The notes under the pieces were generated by a model. It was not told where the DNA came from. It worked only from the letters and a program-made list of their open reading frames with translations, and made no database searches. The position numbers and the translations under genes are program-made. A DNA stretch of 64,000 nucleotides from Myxococcales bacterium (GTDB taxonomy: Bacteria > Myxococcota_A > Polyangia > Polyangiales > JADJMO01): the NCBI GenBank assembly GCA_016794445.1, contig JAEUKC010000313.1, positions 272 to 64,271 on the forward strand, in the 5' to 3' direction. This document shows positions 40,267 to 49,289 of this stretch, piece by piece; positions within the stretch are counted from its first letter, which is position 1; each line of letters begins with the position of its first letter.

Positions 40267-41081
40267 GGGGCGCTTCGCTCGCGGCCCTGCTGGTCGCGCT
40301 CTCGGGCACCGTCGCTGGCATCTGCACCACGCCTCGCGCCGCCGCGGCCGAGGAGGTCGACGCCTTCGCCCGCGTGGTGGTCGAGCGGGCCGAGGTGCGC
40401 AGCGGGCCTGGCACGAGCTACCGGGTGATCGCCGCCCTCGAGCGGGGCGAGACGGTCATCGTCGACCGCCGCGGCAGCGACCAGTTCTGGCTCAAGCTCG
40501 TGCTGGCCGATGGTCGCACGGGGTGGGTGCTCGGCGACGACGTCGAGGTCTACGCCGTCAAGCCCGGCGACACGGACAAGCCCAGCAAGCCGGGCTTCTT
40601 CGCGCCCCCTCCCCTGCTCGGCGCCCGTGGCGGCCTCGCGATCCTCGCCGGAGTGCTCGGCAGCACCGTGGCGAGCCGCAACGGCGGCACGTTCTACAAC
40701 TACGCAGATGGCTACTTCGAGATCCGGCCCGCTGTGGTGCTCTCACCCACCATCGCGCTCGAGCCCTACGCGGGGATCTCGCGCACCGACGACGGCTCGC
40801 TCACGCAGGTCGGCGGCTGGGCGGTCGTCCACCTGCTGCCCGACCTCGCCATCGATCCCTACGTCGGCCTCGGCGGCGGCTACCTATGGAGCCGCACCAA
40901 CGCCGACGCGCTGACGCCCTCGAAGGACGACCTCTTCGTGGCCCGCGCCGGCGGCGGCTTCCTGTTCGGCCTGCGGGGACGCATCCTCGTCCGCATCGAG
41001 GCCACCAACCTCACCTTGTTCACCCCCAATCGCTTCAAGAACATGCAGACGTACCTCGCCGGCCTCGGCGTGTATTTCTGA
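40263..41081 (+). CDS. SH3b domain fused to an outer-membrane beta-barrel
   Basis: ATG 40263 overlaps the upstream TGA (ATGA). SH3b-like VVVERAEVRSGPGTSYRVIAALERGETV...GWVLGDDV. C-terminal strands end GLGVYF. Confidence 0.8.
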   Translation: MRGASLAALLVALSGTVAGICTTPRAAAAEEVDAFARVVVERAEVRSGPGTSYRVIAALERGETVIVDRRGSDQFWLKLVLADGRTGWVLGDDVEVYAVKPGDTDKPSKPGFFAPPPLLGARGGLAILAGVLGSTVASRNGGTFYNYADGYFEIRPAVVLSPTIALEPYAGISRTDDGSLTQVGGWAVVHLLPDLAIDPYVGLGGGYLWSRTNADALTPSKDDLFVARAGGGFLFGLRGRILVRIEATNLTLFTPNRFKNMQTYLAGLGVYF

Positions 41082-41090
41082 GGAGAGTCC

Positions 41091-41345
41091 ATGTCGCGCC
41101 GTTCCACGAAGCATGCTCCCTCGATGGCCCTCCGCGTCGGCGTGCTCCTTGCGCTGCTCGTCGGCGCGGCGGGTTGCGTGACGGTGAAGCCGCAGCAGCG
41201 TGGCGTCCTCTCCGACCCGATCATGCGCTTCGGGGGCAACGGTCACGACGCGGTGGAGCAGGCGCATTTCCGCCACGCGATCGACAATCGCGAGGGCTCG
41301 TTCGGGGGTGATGGCGTCGCGGGCGGTGGGTGCGGATGCAACTGA
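41091..41345 (+). CDS. DUF4266 lipoprotein
   Basis: Lipobox GAAGC and the characteristic C-terminus GGGCGCN. Confidence 0.85.
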   Translation: MSRRSTKHAPSMALRVGVLLALLVGAAGCVTVKPQQRGVLSDPIMRFGGNGHDAVEQAHFRHAIDNREGSFGGDGVAGGGCGCN

Positions 41346-42583
41346 TTCGGCCGCGCCCCAACACCCGCCGGGCCCCATCATGGTCGGCCTTCGTCGCGTT
41401 CGCTGCGGGGCTCACGGTGTTCACCGCGGAGGGCTCCCCGCGGGGCGAGGTCGTCTCGTTCGACTCGCGCTACACGCTGTACCGAGAGGGCGCTCCGTAC
41501 GGCAACATGCTGGTGCACAACCCCTCGGTGCTGCTCGGCGCCAAGCCCACCGAGTCGTTCGGGCTGCACGCGGGGTGGCAGGCCGACGTCGTCTCGGGGG
41601 CCTCGGTCAAGATCCGCAACGAGACGCGCGGGGTCGACGCGGTCACCACCGCGAGCGTGAAAGACTTCCGCCAGGTCGCGAGCGGAGGGTTCTCGATCGA
41701 GCGCAAGTACGTCACGCTCGACGCGGGCTACGCCTACGGCTGGGAGAACGACTACAAGTCGCACAGCGTCGATTTCTCGGCCAAGACCGAGCTCCTCCAG
41801 CGCTCCATGGAGCTCAGCATCGCCTACGCGCGCAACTGGGACAGCGTCTGCGATCGCGTGCAGAGCGACATCGACCCCACCCGTCGACGCGGACTCGAGA
41901 AGAGCACCGCGTGCTTCACCGCCGATCCGACCGTCACCACCCGCCCTCTCGTGCTGGACGCCTTCCAGGCGGGGTGGACCCAGCTCTGGTCGCCCCTGTT
42001 CGCGACCCAGCTGATCTACTCGCGACAGGTGCTCAACGGCTTCCAGTCGAACCCGTACCGCGAGGTCAACCTCGGCGTGTCGTCTCCGGCCCAGGAGTAC
42101 GTGCCCGAGGTGCGCGATCGCCAGGCGGTCGCCCTCAAGGCGAACCTCTACCTACGGCCCATCAAGACCGCGCTGCGCGTCGGCGTCCGCGCCTACCGCG
42201 ACACCTGGGACATCCGGAGCTTCACCGGTGAGGTCGAGCTCGAGCGCTACGTGCTCGTCGACGCCCTCCGCCTGCGTCTGCGTGGCCGCTACTACACCCA
42301 GGGATCCGCGACGTTCTACAGCGACGACTACTACCTCGTCCCGCGCGGCAAGTACTTCACCGGCGACCGCGAGCTCTCCACGATGCGCTCCTGGATGGCG
42401 GGTGCGCGCTTCGCCTTCGGGCCGAGCGCGGGCCAGCAGCGCTGGGGGGGGCTCCTCAGCAAGGTCGAGCTCTCCCTCGGCGGCGACTACGTGTCGTACG
42501 ACTACTCCGACTTCACGGTCGCCGGGACACCGCTCCGCAAGACCGCCATCATCGTCAGCTTCGGCGCCAGTCTCCTCTTCTGA
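41336..42583 (+). CDS. DUF3570 outer-membrane beta-barrel protein
   Basis: Track ORF 41330..42583; ATG 41336 overlaps the DUF4266 gene end. Beta-barrel pattern ending SFGASLLF. DUF4266-DUF3570 gene pairing is an established co-occurrence. Confidence 0.85.
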   Translation: MQLIRPRPNTRRAPSWSAFVAFAAGLTVFTAEGSPRGEVVSFDSRYTLYREGAPYGNMLVHNPSVLLGAKPTESFGLHAGWQADVVSGASVKIRNETRGVDAVTTASVKDFRQVASGGFSIERKYVTLDAGYAYGWENDYKSHSVDFSAKTELLQRSMELSIAYARNWDSVCDRVQSDIDPTRRRGLEKSTACFTADPTVTTRPLVLDAFQAGWTQLWSPLFATQLIYSRQVLNGFQSNPYREVNLGVSSPAQEYVPEVRDRQAVALKANLYLRPIKTALRVGVRAYRDTWDIRSFTGEVELERYVLVDALRLRLRGRYYTQGSATFYSDDYYLVPRGKYFTGDRELSTMRSWMAGARFAFGPSAGQQRWGGLLSKVELSLGGDYVSYDYSDFTVAGTPLRKTAIIVSFGASLLF

Positions 42584-42712
42584 TCTCCGCCCTGCCATTC
42601 CGCCCGGCAATCCGCCCGGGGGCGGTGGGTGGCCGCCGGACAGAAATCGTGGCGTGGGCGCTTGGACAAATCTACGCTGACGGCAACTGCGTCCACATTT
42701 CGGGAGGGCTCC

Positions 42713-43684
42713 ATGCGCCACGTCTTTGCTTTCGCCATCGTCGCCGCTGCCTACGGCTTCGGCTGTTCCTCCTCGTCGACCACGGTCGCCGAACCGAGCG
42801 TGGACGACGGGTGTACGAGCTACGCCGCCAACTACTGCGAGAAGGCCAACAGCTGCGTGTCGTTCTACATCCAGGTCTCCTGGGGTGACGTCGCGCTGTG
42901 CAAGTCGCGGCTCAAGGAGTCCTGCCTGCGCTCCGCGAAGGCGCCGAACACCGGCATCACCGGCAGCGCGCTCGACAAGTGCGTCAAGACGATCCCCGCC
43001 GTCTCGTGCAGCGACTTCCTCAACGGCGTGCCGATCGCCGACTGCCAGGTCACCGGCTCGATCGACGACGGCAAGGTCTGCGGCGACAACGCGCAGTGCA
43101 AGAGCGGCTTCTGCGCGACCGACGAGTCCAAGTCCACGTGTGGCACGTGCAGCCCCAAGATCGGCGAGGGCGCCGCGTGCGCGGCCAACGACTGCCCCGA
43201 CGGCCTCAAGTGCGTGAACAGCAAGTGTCAGAAGCCGGTCGCCGCGGGCGGCGCCTGCAGCGCCGACAAGCCGTGTGGCCAGCAGCTCTCCTGCATCGGC
43301 GGCACCTGCCAGGCCCACCTCACCACGGAGGGCGCGACCTGCGACGACAAGGAAGCCACCGCGCCCAAGTGCGACTTCACCAAGAACCTCGCGTGCCTCG
43401 GCAACAAGTGCCAGAAGTTCACCTTCGCCAGCGGCGCGGGCGGTGCGTGCGGCATCACGCTCGAGGGCACGACGATCAAGAGCATCACGCTCTGCGACAA
43501 GGGCGGCTACTGCAAGGGTGTCGACGTCGCGAAGGGCGTCTTCACCGGCACGTGCGCGCCCGCGGCGGCCGACGGCGCGGCCTGCGTCGCGGGCGACGGG
43601 CTCGGCGCAGGTCCGGGCTGCATCGCCCCCGCCAAGTGCGTCGACGGCGTCTGCAAGATCAGCGATCCGGCCACCTGCAAGTGA
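42713..43684 (+). CDS. Cys-rich repeat lipoprotein
   Basis: ATG 42713 preceded by GGGAGGG. Lipobox YGFGC. Repeated C-x-C modules (GKVCGDNAQCKSGFC, GAACAANDCPDGLKC, GGACSADKPCGQQLSC). Confidence 0.8.
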   Translation: MRHVFAFAIVAAAYGFGCSSSSTTVAEPSVDDGCTSYAANYCEKANSCVSFYIQVSWGDVALCKSRLKESCLRSAKAPNTGITGSALDKCVKTIPAVSCSDFLNGVPIADCQVTGSIDDGKVCGDNAQCKSGFCATDESKSTCGTCSPKIGEGAACAANDCPDGLKCVNSKCQKPVAAGGACSADKPCGQQLSCIGGTCQAHLTTEGATCDDKEATAPKCDFTKNLACLGNKCQKFTFASGAGGACGITLEGTTIKSITLCDKGGYCKGVDVAKGVFTGTCAPAAADGAACVAGDGLGAGPGCIAPAKCVDGVCKISDPATCK

Positions 43685-43703
43685 CCGGGTAGGCTTCGCG
43701 GAG

Positions 43704-43733
43704 GGCCCGGGGCTTTCGGCTCCGGGCCTTTCT
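43704..43733 (+). terminator. putative terminator between convergent genes
   Basis: GGCCCGGGGC (43704-43713) pairs with GCTCCGGGCC (43719-43728), one G-T pair, followed by TTTCT. Confidence 0.55.
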
Positions 43734-44491
43734 CACTTCAGGGTGACGGTCGACGTACCTTCGTTGAAGGTGACCGAGCCGCAGCCGCTCTCCACGGTCT
43801 TCGTCGCTCGATAGCGGATCGTGTAGGTCGGGCCCGTGATGGCCGGGAAGGTGAAGTTGGCCGGCACCGGGCTCGTCCCGGCGGTGATCGTCAGCCCACC
43901 GATCTTGGTGCCGTTCAGCGAGACGTCGACGGTGAGGGACCCGCAGGTGATCGAGTTGCTGAGACCGATGCTGGACGAGAACGAGGTCGCCGAGGCCAGC
44001 GCCGTCGTGCGCACGCCCTGGTAGTAGTCGCCCAGGTTCCAGAAGTACGGATCCTTCGAGATGACCGCCGTGTCGGTGGCGGTCGGGAAGATGAAGCTCG
44101 CGGTGATCCCCGTGTCGGGCGGGCCCGTGTCCGGCGTGCCCGTGTCCGGCGTGCCCGTGTCCGGCGTGCCCGTGTCGGGGGTCCCCGTGTCCGGCGTGCC
44201 CGTGTCCGGCGTCCCGGTGTCGAGGGTCCCCGTGTCCCCGAGGCCGGTGTCGACGAGTGCGGTGTCTGGACTCGTCCCGCTGTCGATCGCCGCGCCGGTG
44301 TCCGGCCCAGTGCCGGTGTCGACCTTCGTGTCGCCCGAACCGTCGGTGGGGGTGTCGACGAGGTCGGCGTCCTTGAGGCCCGTGTCCTTGCGTCCCGCGT
44401 CGCTGACGACGGTCTCGAAGTCCTCTCCGGTCGCCGCGCAGGCGCTCAGGAGCAGCGAAGCCAAGACGAGGGGAGCGGAACGGAAGCGCAT
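43733..44491 (-). CDS. lipoprotein with (DTGTP)n repeat linker and C-terminal beta-sandwich-like domain
   Basis: Track ORF. Lipobox LLSAC, six or more DTGTP repeats, then a globular ~125-aa domain. Confidence 0.8.
   Translation of the reverse strand: MRFRSAPLVLASLLLSACAATGEDFETVVSDAGRKDTGLKDADLVDTPTDGSGDTKVDTGTGPDTGAAIDSGTSPDTALVDTGLGDTGTLDTGTPDTGTPDTGTPDTGTPDTGTPDTGTPDTGPPDTGITASFIFPTATDTAVISKDPYFWNLGDYYQGVRTTALASATSFSSSIGLSNSITCGSLTVDVSLNGTKIGGLTITAGTSPVPANFTFPAITGPTYTIRYRATKTVESGCGSVTFNEGTSTVTLK
44107..44240. repeat. 15-nt tandem repeat (GTGCCCGTGTCCGGC-like) encoding the DTGTP array
   Basis: About eight consecutive 15-nt units are visible in rows 44101-44240, inside the CDS 43733..44491. 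Confidence 0.85.
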
Positions 44492-44792
44492 CCTCCCATC
44501 CTACCCGCGAGCGGGGCGAAGAGAGCAACCGGTCCGCGTGCGCAACACCACCTACATGCCCCCCTACCCTCGTTTGACAGCGTCCTCGTCGCCCGCTACC
44601 ACCGCCGACCCTTTCGTACAGCGAACGTCACGCCAGCCGCGCGGATCCTCCGCTGGGTGCCAGGCACAAGTGACGACATCGACCTCGTCGATGCAGGGTG
44701 CGCGCATGGGTGTCTCGGACGTCGTCGACGTCCTTCCGGCGCGCGCCCGTTCGATCTCGTTGCCCACCCTCGGGCAACGCGCGGAGGTGTCC

Positions 44793-46118
44793 ATGCGTCG
44801 ACTCGGCCTGGATTTCGGCACCACCAACAGCGCGCTCGCGCTCCACGACGGCAGCGCCGCGCGCATCCTGCCGGTCTCGGGGCGCGCGACCTGGCGCACC
44901 GTCCTCACCTTCGCCGAGGGCGAGGAGCCGCTCGCCGGCGAGCCCGCGATGGAGCGCGCCGCGCACGGCGGCTGCCGCTTCGTGCAGTCCATCAAGTCGC
45001 ACCTCGCGAGCCCGCTCGTCGATCGCACGCAGATCCTCGGGCGCACCTACCGCCTGCCCGAGCTCGTCGCGGTGTTCCTCCGCAAGCTGCTCACCGCGGC
45101 GGGCTTCGTGTTCCGTGATGGTCGCGCATGCTTCTCCGACGGCGCGCCCATCGAGCAGATCGTCGTCGGCCGTCCGGTGCGCTACGTCGGCGCCGAGGCC
45201 CCCGAGCACGACGCGCTCGCCGTGGCGCGGCTCGAGGAGGCGGTGCGCCTCGCCGGGCTGCCGCCGCCCACCCTCGAGCTCGAGCCCCTGGCCGCGGCGT
45301 TCCACTACGAGTCCCAGCTCGACCACGACGAGCTCGTGCTGGTCGCCGACTTCGGCGGCGGCACGAGCGACTTCAGCCTCGTCGAGGTGGGGCCCTCACG
45401 CCTGCGCGCAGGCACGGCCCAGGGTCGCTTCGTCCACGGCCACGGGGGCGTGGGGCTCGCGGGCGACGCGCTCGACGCCGAGCTCGTGCACCACGCGATC
45501 ACCCCCACCCTCGGGCGTGGGTCGCGCTATCGCCTGCCCGGCAACGGCGGCACGATGGAGGTGCCGCCCTGGATCTACGGCAAGCTGCGGCGCTGGCACC
45601 ACCTCTCGTTCCTGCGCTCGCAGCGCACCCTCGAGCTCCTCCACCACCTGCGGATCCAGGCCGAGGAGCCCGACAAGCTGCGCGCACTGCTCCACGTCGT
45701 CGAGGACGACCTCGGCCTGCCGCTGTTCCGCGCAGTGGAGGGCGCGAAGGTGCGGCTCTCGCGCGCAGAGGTGACGGAACTGTCGTTCGTCGACGGGCCC
45801 ATCGCGCTCTCTGAACCCGTCTCGCGCGCGGCCTTCGAGGCGTGGACCGCCGACGTTCGCGGCACCATCGAGGCCTCGCTCGACGCGCTGCTCTCCGAGG
45901 CGAACGCGCGCCCCACCGACGTCGACGCCGTCTTCATGACCGGCGGGACCTCCCTGGTCCCCTCGGTCGTCGGGGCCTTCGAGCGCCGCTTCGGCGCCGA
46001 GAAGCTCCGCGGACGAGGAGGCGATCAGCTCACCTCGGTGGCCCTCGGGCTCGCCGCGCGAATGGGGAGCGGAGGACCGGACGGGGACGGTCCGGGAGCG
46101 ACAAGAGCAATTGCCTGA
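44793..46118 (+). CDS. Hsp70-family ATPase (YegD-like, no obvious substrate-binding domain)
   Basis: ATG 44793 in the frame of track ORF 44061..46118 (alternative ATGs 44691, 44706). Motifs LGLDFGTTNS, DFGGGTSDFSLV, VFMTGGTSLVP. Confidence 0.88.
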   Translation: MRRLGLDFGTTNSALALHDGSAARILPVSGRATWRTVLTFAEGEEPLAGEPAMERAAHGGCRFVQSIKSHLASPLVDRTQILGRTYRLPELVAVFLRKLLTAAGFVFRDGRACFSDGAPIEQIVVGRPVRYVGAEAPEHDALAVARLEEAVRLAGLPPPTLELEPLAAAFHYESQLDHDELVLVADFGGGTSDFSLVEVGPSRLRAGTAQGRFVHGHGGVGLAGDALDAELVHHAITPTLGRGSRYRLPGNGGTMEVPPWIYGKLRRWHHLSFLRSQRTLELLHHLRIQAEEPDKLRALLHVVEDDLGLPLFRAVEGAKVRLSRAEVTELSFVDGPIALSEPVSRAAFEAWTADVRGTIEASLDALLSEANARPTDVDAVFMTGGTSLVPSVVGAFERRFGAEKLRGRGGDQLTSVALGLAARMGSGGPDGDGPGATRAIA

Positions 46119-46164
46119 GGGTGGCACAAAGCGGCCATCGCTCGGGAGCACATCCTGGGCGACA

Positions 46165-46794
46165 ATGCGCGCCATGGAACCCGTCCAGTACTTGATGTTC
46201 TTGTTCGTCCCCCTCGTGATCGGCGGGTACTACTTCTGGTACTTCCGCAAGGTCAAGAACGCGGGTGGCTACGCGGCGATGGCCCAGCGCGCGACGCAGC
46301 TCAAGTTCGGCCTCGGCCCGACCGAGTCCACCGATCTCACCAAGGTGTTCCGCGGGCAGTTCTACATCGGCCCGCTCACCGGCACCGGACGCAGCGGCTG
46401 GCAGCAGGTCGGCGACGCGCTCACCAACACCACCTACCGCGGCCGTGGCGTCGAGCTCACCATCACCTCGCAGAACCGGCTCGTCGTCGCCGGCGAGCCC
46501 ATGCCCGACTCTGACGTGAAGTACGACGTCAGCACGGGTGACATGGGCTACCGCCCGATCGAGTCGTTCACCGCGCAAGAACGCCCGGCGCTCGTGCTCG
46601 CCGACCAGGCCTTCGGCGCGGACCCGAACCTCGCGAAGGCGCGCAAGGCCGCCGAGAGCACCTACAACGCGATGGGCCAGATGGTGAAGTGGGACCTCGC
46701 CGTGCTCAAGCTCCAGAGCGGTGAGAGCATGGTCCTCTGGCTCGACCCGGCCGGGATCCTGCGCCTGCAGCAGTGGTGCGCCACCGGAACCTAG
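46165..46794 (+). CDS. membrane-anchored hypothetical protein
   Basis: ATG 46165 (or 46174) in track ORF 46111..46794. N-terminal TM segment YLMFLFVPLVIGGYYFWYF. Confidence 0.7.
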   Translation: MRAMEPVQYLMFLFVPLVIGGYYFWYFRKVKNAGGYAAMAQRATQLKFGLGPTESTDLTKVFRGQFYIGPLTGTGRSGWQQVGDALTNTTYRGRGVELTITSQNRLVVAGEPMPDSDVKYDVSTGDMGYRPIESFTAQERPALVLADQAFGADPNLAKARKAAESTYNAMGQMVKWDLAVLKLQSGESMVLWLDPAGILRLQQWCATGT

Positions 46795-47963
46795 CCGAGC
46801 GCCTGCATCAGATCGGCGACCACGTCCTCGGTCTCCTCTATCCCGCAGCTGACCCTGAGCAGCCCGTCGGACACCCCGGCGGCCCGGCGCGCCTCGGCGG
46901 GCATCGAGAAGTGCGTCGTCGAGGCCGGGTGGGTGACGAGCGAGCGCACGTCGCCGAGGCTGACGGCGTGCGTGAGCAGGCGGCAGCGCTCGAGCACCGC
47001 GCGCCCGGCCTCGAGGTCTCCGTGCAGCTCGAACGCGACGATCGCGCCGAACGCGCCCATCTGCCGGACCGCGAGCGCGTGCTGGGGGTGCGACGCGAGC
47101 CCCGGGTAGTGGACGCGCGCGACCGCGGGGTGGCGCTCGAGCGCGCGGGCGAGGGTGAGCGCCGTGGCGTTGGACTGCCGCGCGCGCAGCACGAACGTCC
47201 GCGCCCCGCGCGCGATCAGCATGGCCGAGAGCGGCGAGAGGATGCCGCCGAACGACTTGACGGCGACCTCCTTCACCTCGCGTACGAGGTCGGCCCGGCC
47301 GACGACCATGCCGCCGATCGCGTCGCCGTGGCCGCCGATCTGCTTGGTCATCGAGTGGACGACGAGGTCGAACCCATGGGCCAGCGGCCGCTGCGCGAAG
47401 GGCGTCGCGAAGGTGTTGTCGCAGAGCGAGTAGAGGCCCCGCTCGCGCGCGAGCCCCGCCACGGCCGCGAGATCGGTGAGCTGCAGGGTCGGGTTGGCCG
47501 GCGTCTCGACGTAGACGAGGCGCGTGTGGGTCTGGATCGCCGCCTGCCACGCGGCCGGGTCCGTCTGGTCGACGAACGTGGTGGTGATCCCGAGCCGCGG
47601 CAGCCGCTCGCGCAGGAGCCGCGCGGCCTCGCCGTACATCGAGCGCGGCGCGACGACGTGGTCTCCCGCCTCGCAGAGGGTGACGATCGCCGCCGAGATG
47701 GCCGCCATCCCACTCGCGGTCGCGCAGGCGTCCTCGCCGGCCTCGAGGGCCGTGACCTTGGCCTCGAGCGCGGCCACCGTCGGATTCTTCCAGCGGCCGT
47801 AGATGAGGTGGTCGTTCTCGCCGGCGAACGCCCCCGCGGACTGCGCGGCGTCGTCGAACGCGAACGCGCTCGCGAGGTGGATGGGCGCCTCGACCGCGCC
47901 CGTGGCGGGGTCGGTGCGGTCGCCCGCGTGGACACAATCGGTGCTCGTCGGTCGGTCGCTCAC
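46791..47963 (-). CDS. Cys/Met-metabolism PLP-dependent enzyme (cystathionine gamma-synthase / methionine gamma-lyase family)
   Basis: C-terminal 390 aa of track ORF 46791..50558. GTG 47963 overlaps the upstream stop (GTGA). PLP-lysine motif HSMTKQIGGHGD. Confidence 0.9.
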   Translation of the reverse strand: MSDRPTSTDCVHAGDRTDPATGAVEAPIHLASAFAFDDAAQSAGAFAGENDHLIYGRWKNPTVAALEAKVTALEAGEDACATASGMAAISAAIVTLCEAGDHVVAPRSMYGEAARLLRERLPRLGITTTFVDQTDPAAWQAAIQTHTRLVYVETPANPTLQLTDLAAVAGLARERGLYSLCDNTFATPFAQRPLAHGFDLVVHSMTKQIGGHGDAIGGMVVGRADLVREVKEVAVKSFGGILSPLSAMLIARGARTFVLRARQSNATALTLARALERHPAVARVHYPGLASHPQHALAVRQMGAFGAIVAFELHGDLEAGRAVLERCRLLTHAVSLGDVRSLVTHPASTTHFSMPAEARRAAGVSDGLLRVSCGIEETEDVVADLMQALG

Positions 47964-49228
47964 GGGGCCTCCAGGGCGCGCTGCACGTCGGCCAGCACGT
48001 CGGCTTCGTCCTCGATCCCGACCGCGAGGCGGATGAGATCGTCCGCGATCCCCGCCGCGGCCCGCTGCTCCGGGGTCATCTCGTAGTAGCTCATGATCGC
48101 GGGTTGCTCGACGAGCGTGTCGACCCCGCCGAGGCTCGGCGCGATGCGCGCGAGCTGGAACCCGTCGACCACGCGGCTCGTGACCGCGAGCGGGCTCTCG
48201 TGCCCCTGCCCGTGCGGGTCGGTCTTCAACCGGAAGCTCACGACCCCGCCGAACCCGGTCATCTGCGCCTGGGCGATGGCGTACGTGGGGTGGCTGACGA
48301 GGCCCGGGTAGAACACCTCGGCCACGCGGGGGTGCGCCGCCAGCATCTCGGCGACCGCCATCGCCGTGCGATCGTGGCGCTCCACGCGCACCGCGAGGGT
48401 CTTGAGGCCCCGCGCGACGAGGAACGCTCCGTGGGGATCGAGCACGCCGCCGAGGACCCCGCGCAGATCGCGGATCAACCCGACGAGCGCCCGCGAGCCC
48501 ACCACCGCGCCGGCGAGCACGTCGTGGTGACCGGCGAGGTACTTGGTGGCGCTGTGCACGACGAGGTCGATCCCGAGGCCGAGCGGCTGCAGGTCTATCG
48601 GCGTCGCGAACGTGCTGTCGACGACGGTCTTGATCCGCCGCGCCTTGGCGAGCGCTGCGAGCGCCGCGAGGTCGGTGCAGTGCAGGTAGGGGTTGGTCGG
48701 CGACTCGCCGACGACCAGCCGCGTCTCCGGCCGGATCGCGGCCTCGACCGCCGCGAGATCGCCGGGCTCGACGATGGTGTGCTCGACGCCGTACGCGGCC
48801 AGGGTCTTCACCACGAACTGGCGCGTGCGGCGGTAGCCGTCGCGGAACAGGATGACGTGTGCGCCCTGCTTCAGGAGCGCGAGCAGCGTGGTGGTGAGCG
48901 CCGCCATGCCACTGCCGAACGCCGCGCACTCCGCCTTGCCGGTCGGATCCTCGAGGGCGGCGAGGCGCTGTTCGAGCGCGCGCACCGTCGGGTTTCCATA
49001 ACGTCCATATTCTTCGCGGTGCGGGTCCGAGTGCTCGCCGGTCATGTGGGCGGCGAGCTCCGCCGAGTCGGCGAACGTGTAGGTCGACGTCGCGACGATC
49101 GGCGTCGGCACCGCGTCGAAGCGCTCGGGGCGGCCCACGCCGGCGTGCACCGAGCGGGTCGAGGGGCCGGCGGCGTGGACCGTGGCCTCGCGCGGGCGCG
49201 GCTTCGGCGGCGGGAGGAAGCTGCTCAT
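47960..49228 (-). CDS. Cys/Met-metabolism PLP-dependent enzyme (cystathionine beta-lyase / gamma-synthase family)
   Basis: Track ORF, 422 aa. Motif HSATKYLAGHHD, and YGRYGNPT near the N-terminus. Confidence 0.9.
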   Translation of the reverse strand: MSSFLPPPKPRPREATVHAAGPSTRSVHAGVGRPERFDAVPTPIVATSTYTFADSAELAAHMTGEHSDPHREEYGRYGNPTVRALEQRLAALEDPTGKAECAAFGSGMAALTTTLLALLKQGAHVILFRDGYRRTRQFVVKTLAAYGVEHTIVEPGDLAAVEAAIRPETRLVVGESPTNPYLHCTDLAALAALAKARRIKTVVDSTFATPIDLQPLGLGIDLVVHSATKYLAGHHDVLAGAVVGSRALVGLIRDLRGVLGGVLDPHGAFLVARGLKTLAVRVERHDRTAMAVAEMLAAHPRVAEVFYPGLVSHPTYAIAQAQMTGFGGVVSFRLKTDPHGQGHESPLAVTSRVVDGFQLARIAPSLGGVDTLVEQPAIMSYYEMTPEQRAAAGIADDLIRLAVGIEDEADVLADVQRALEAP

Positions 49229-49289
49229 GGGCTGCGCACGTTATCGGATCCCCATCGACGGTGCGACGGGGCCCGTCTACCGTCCGACC

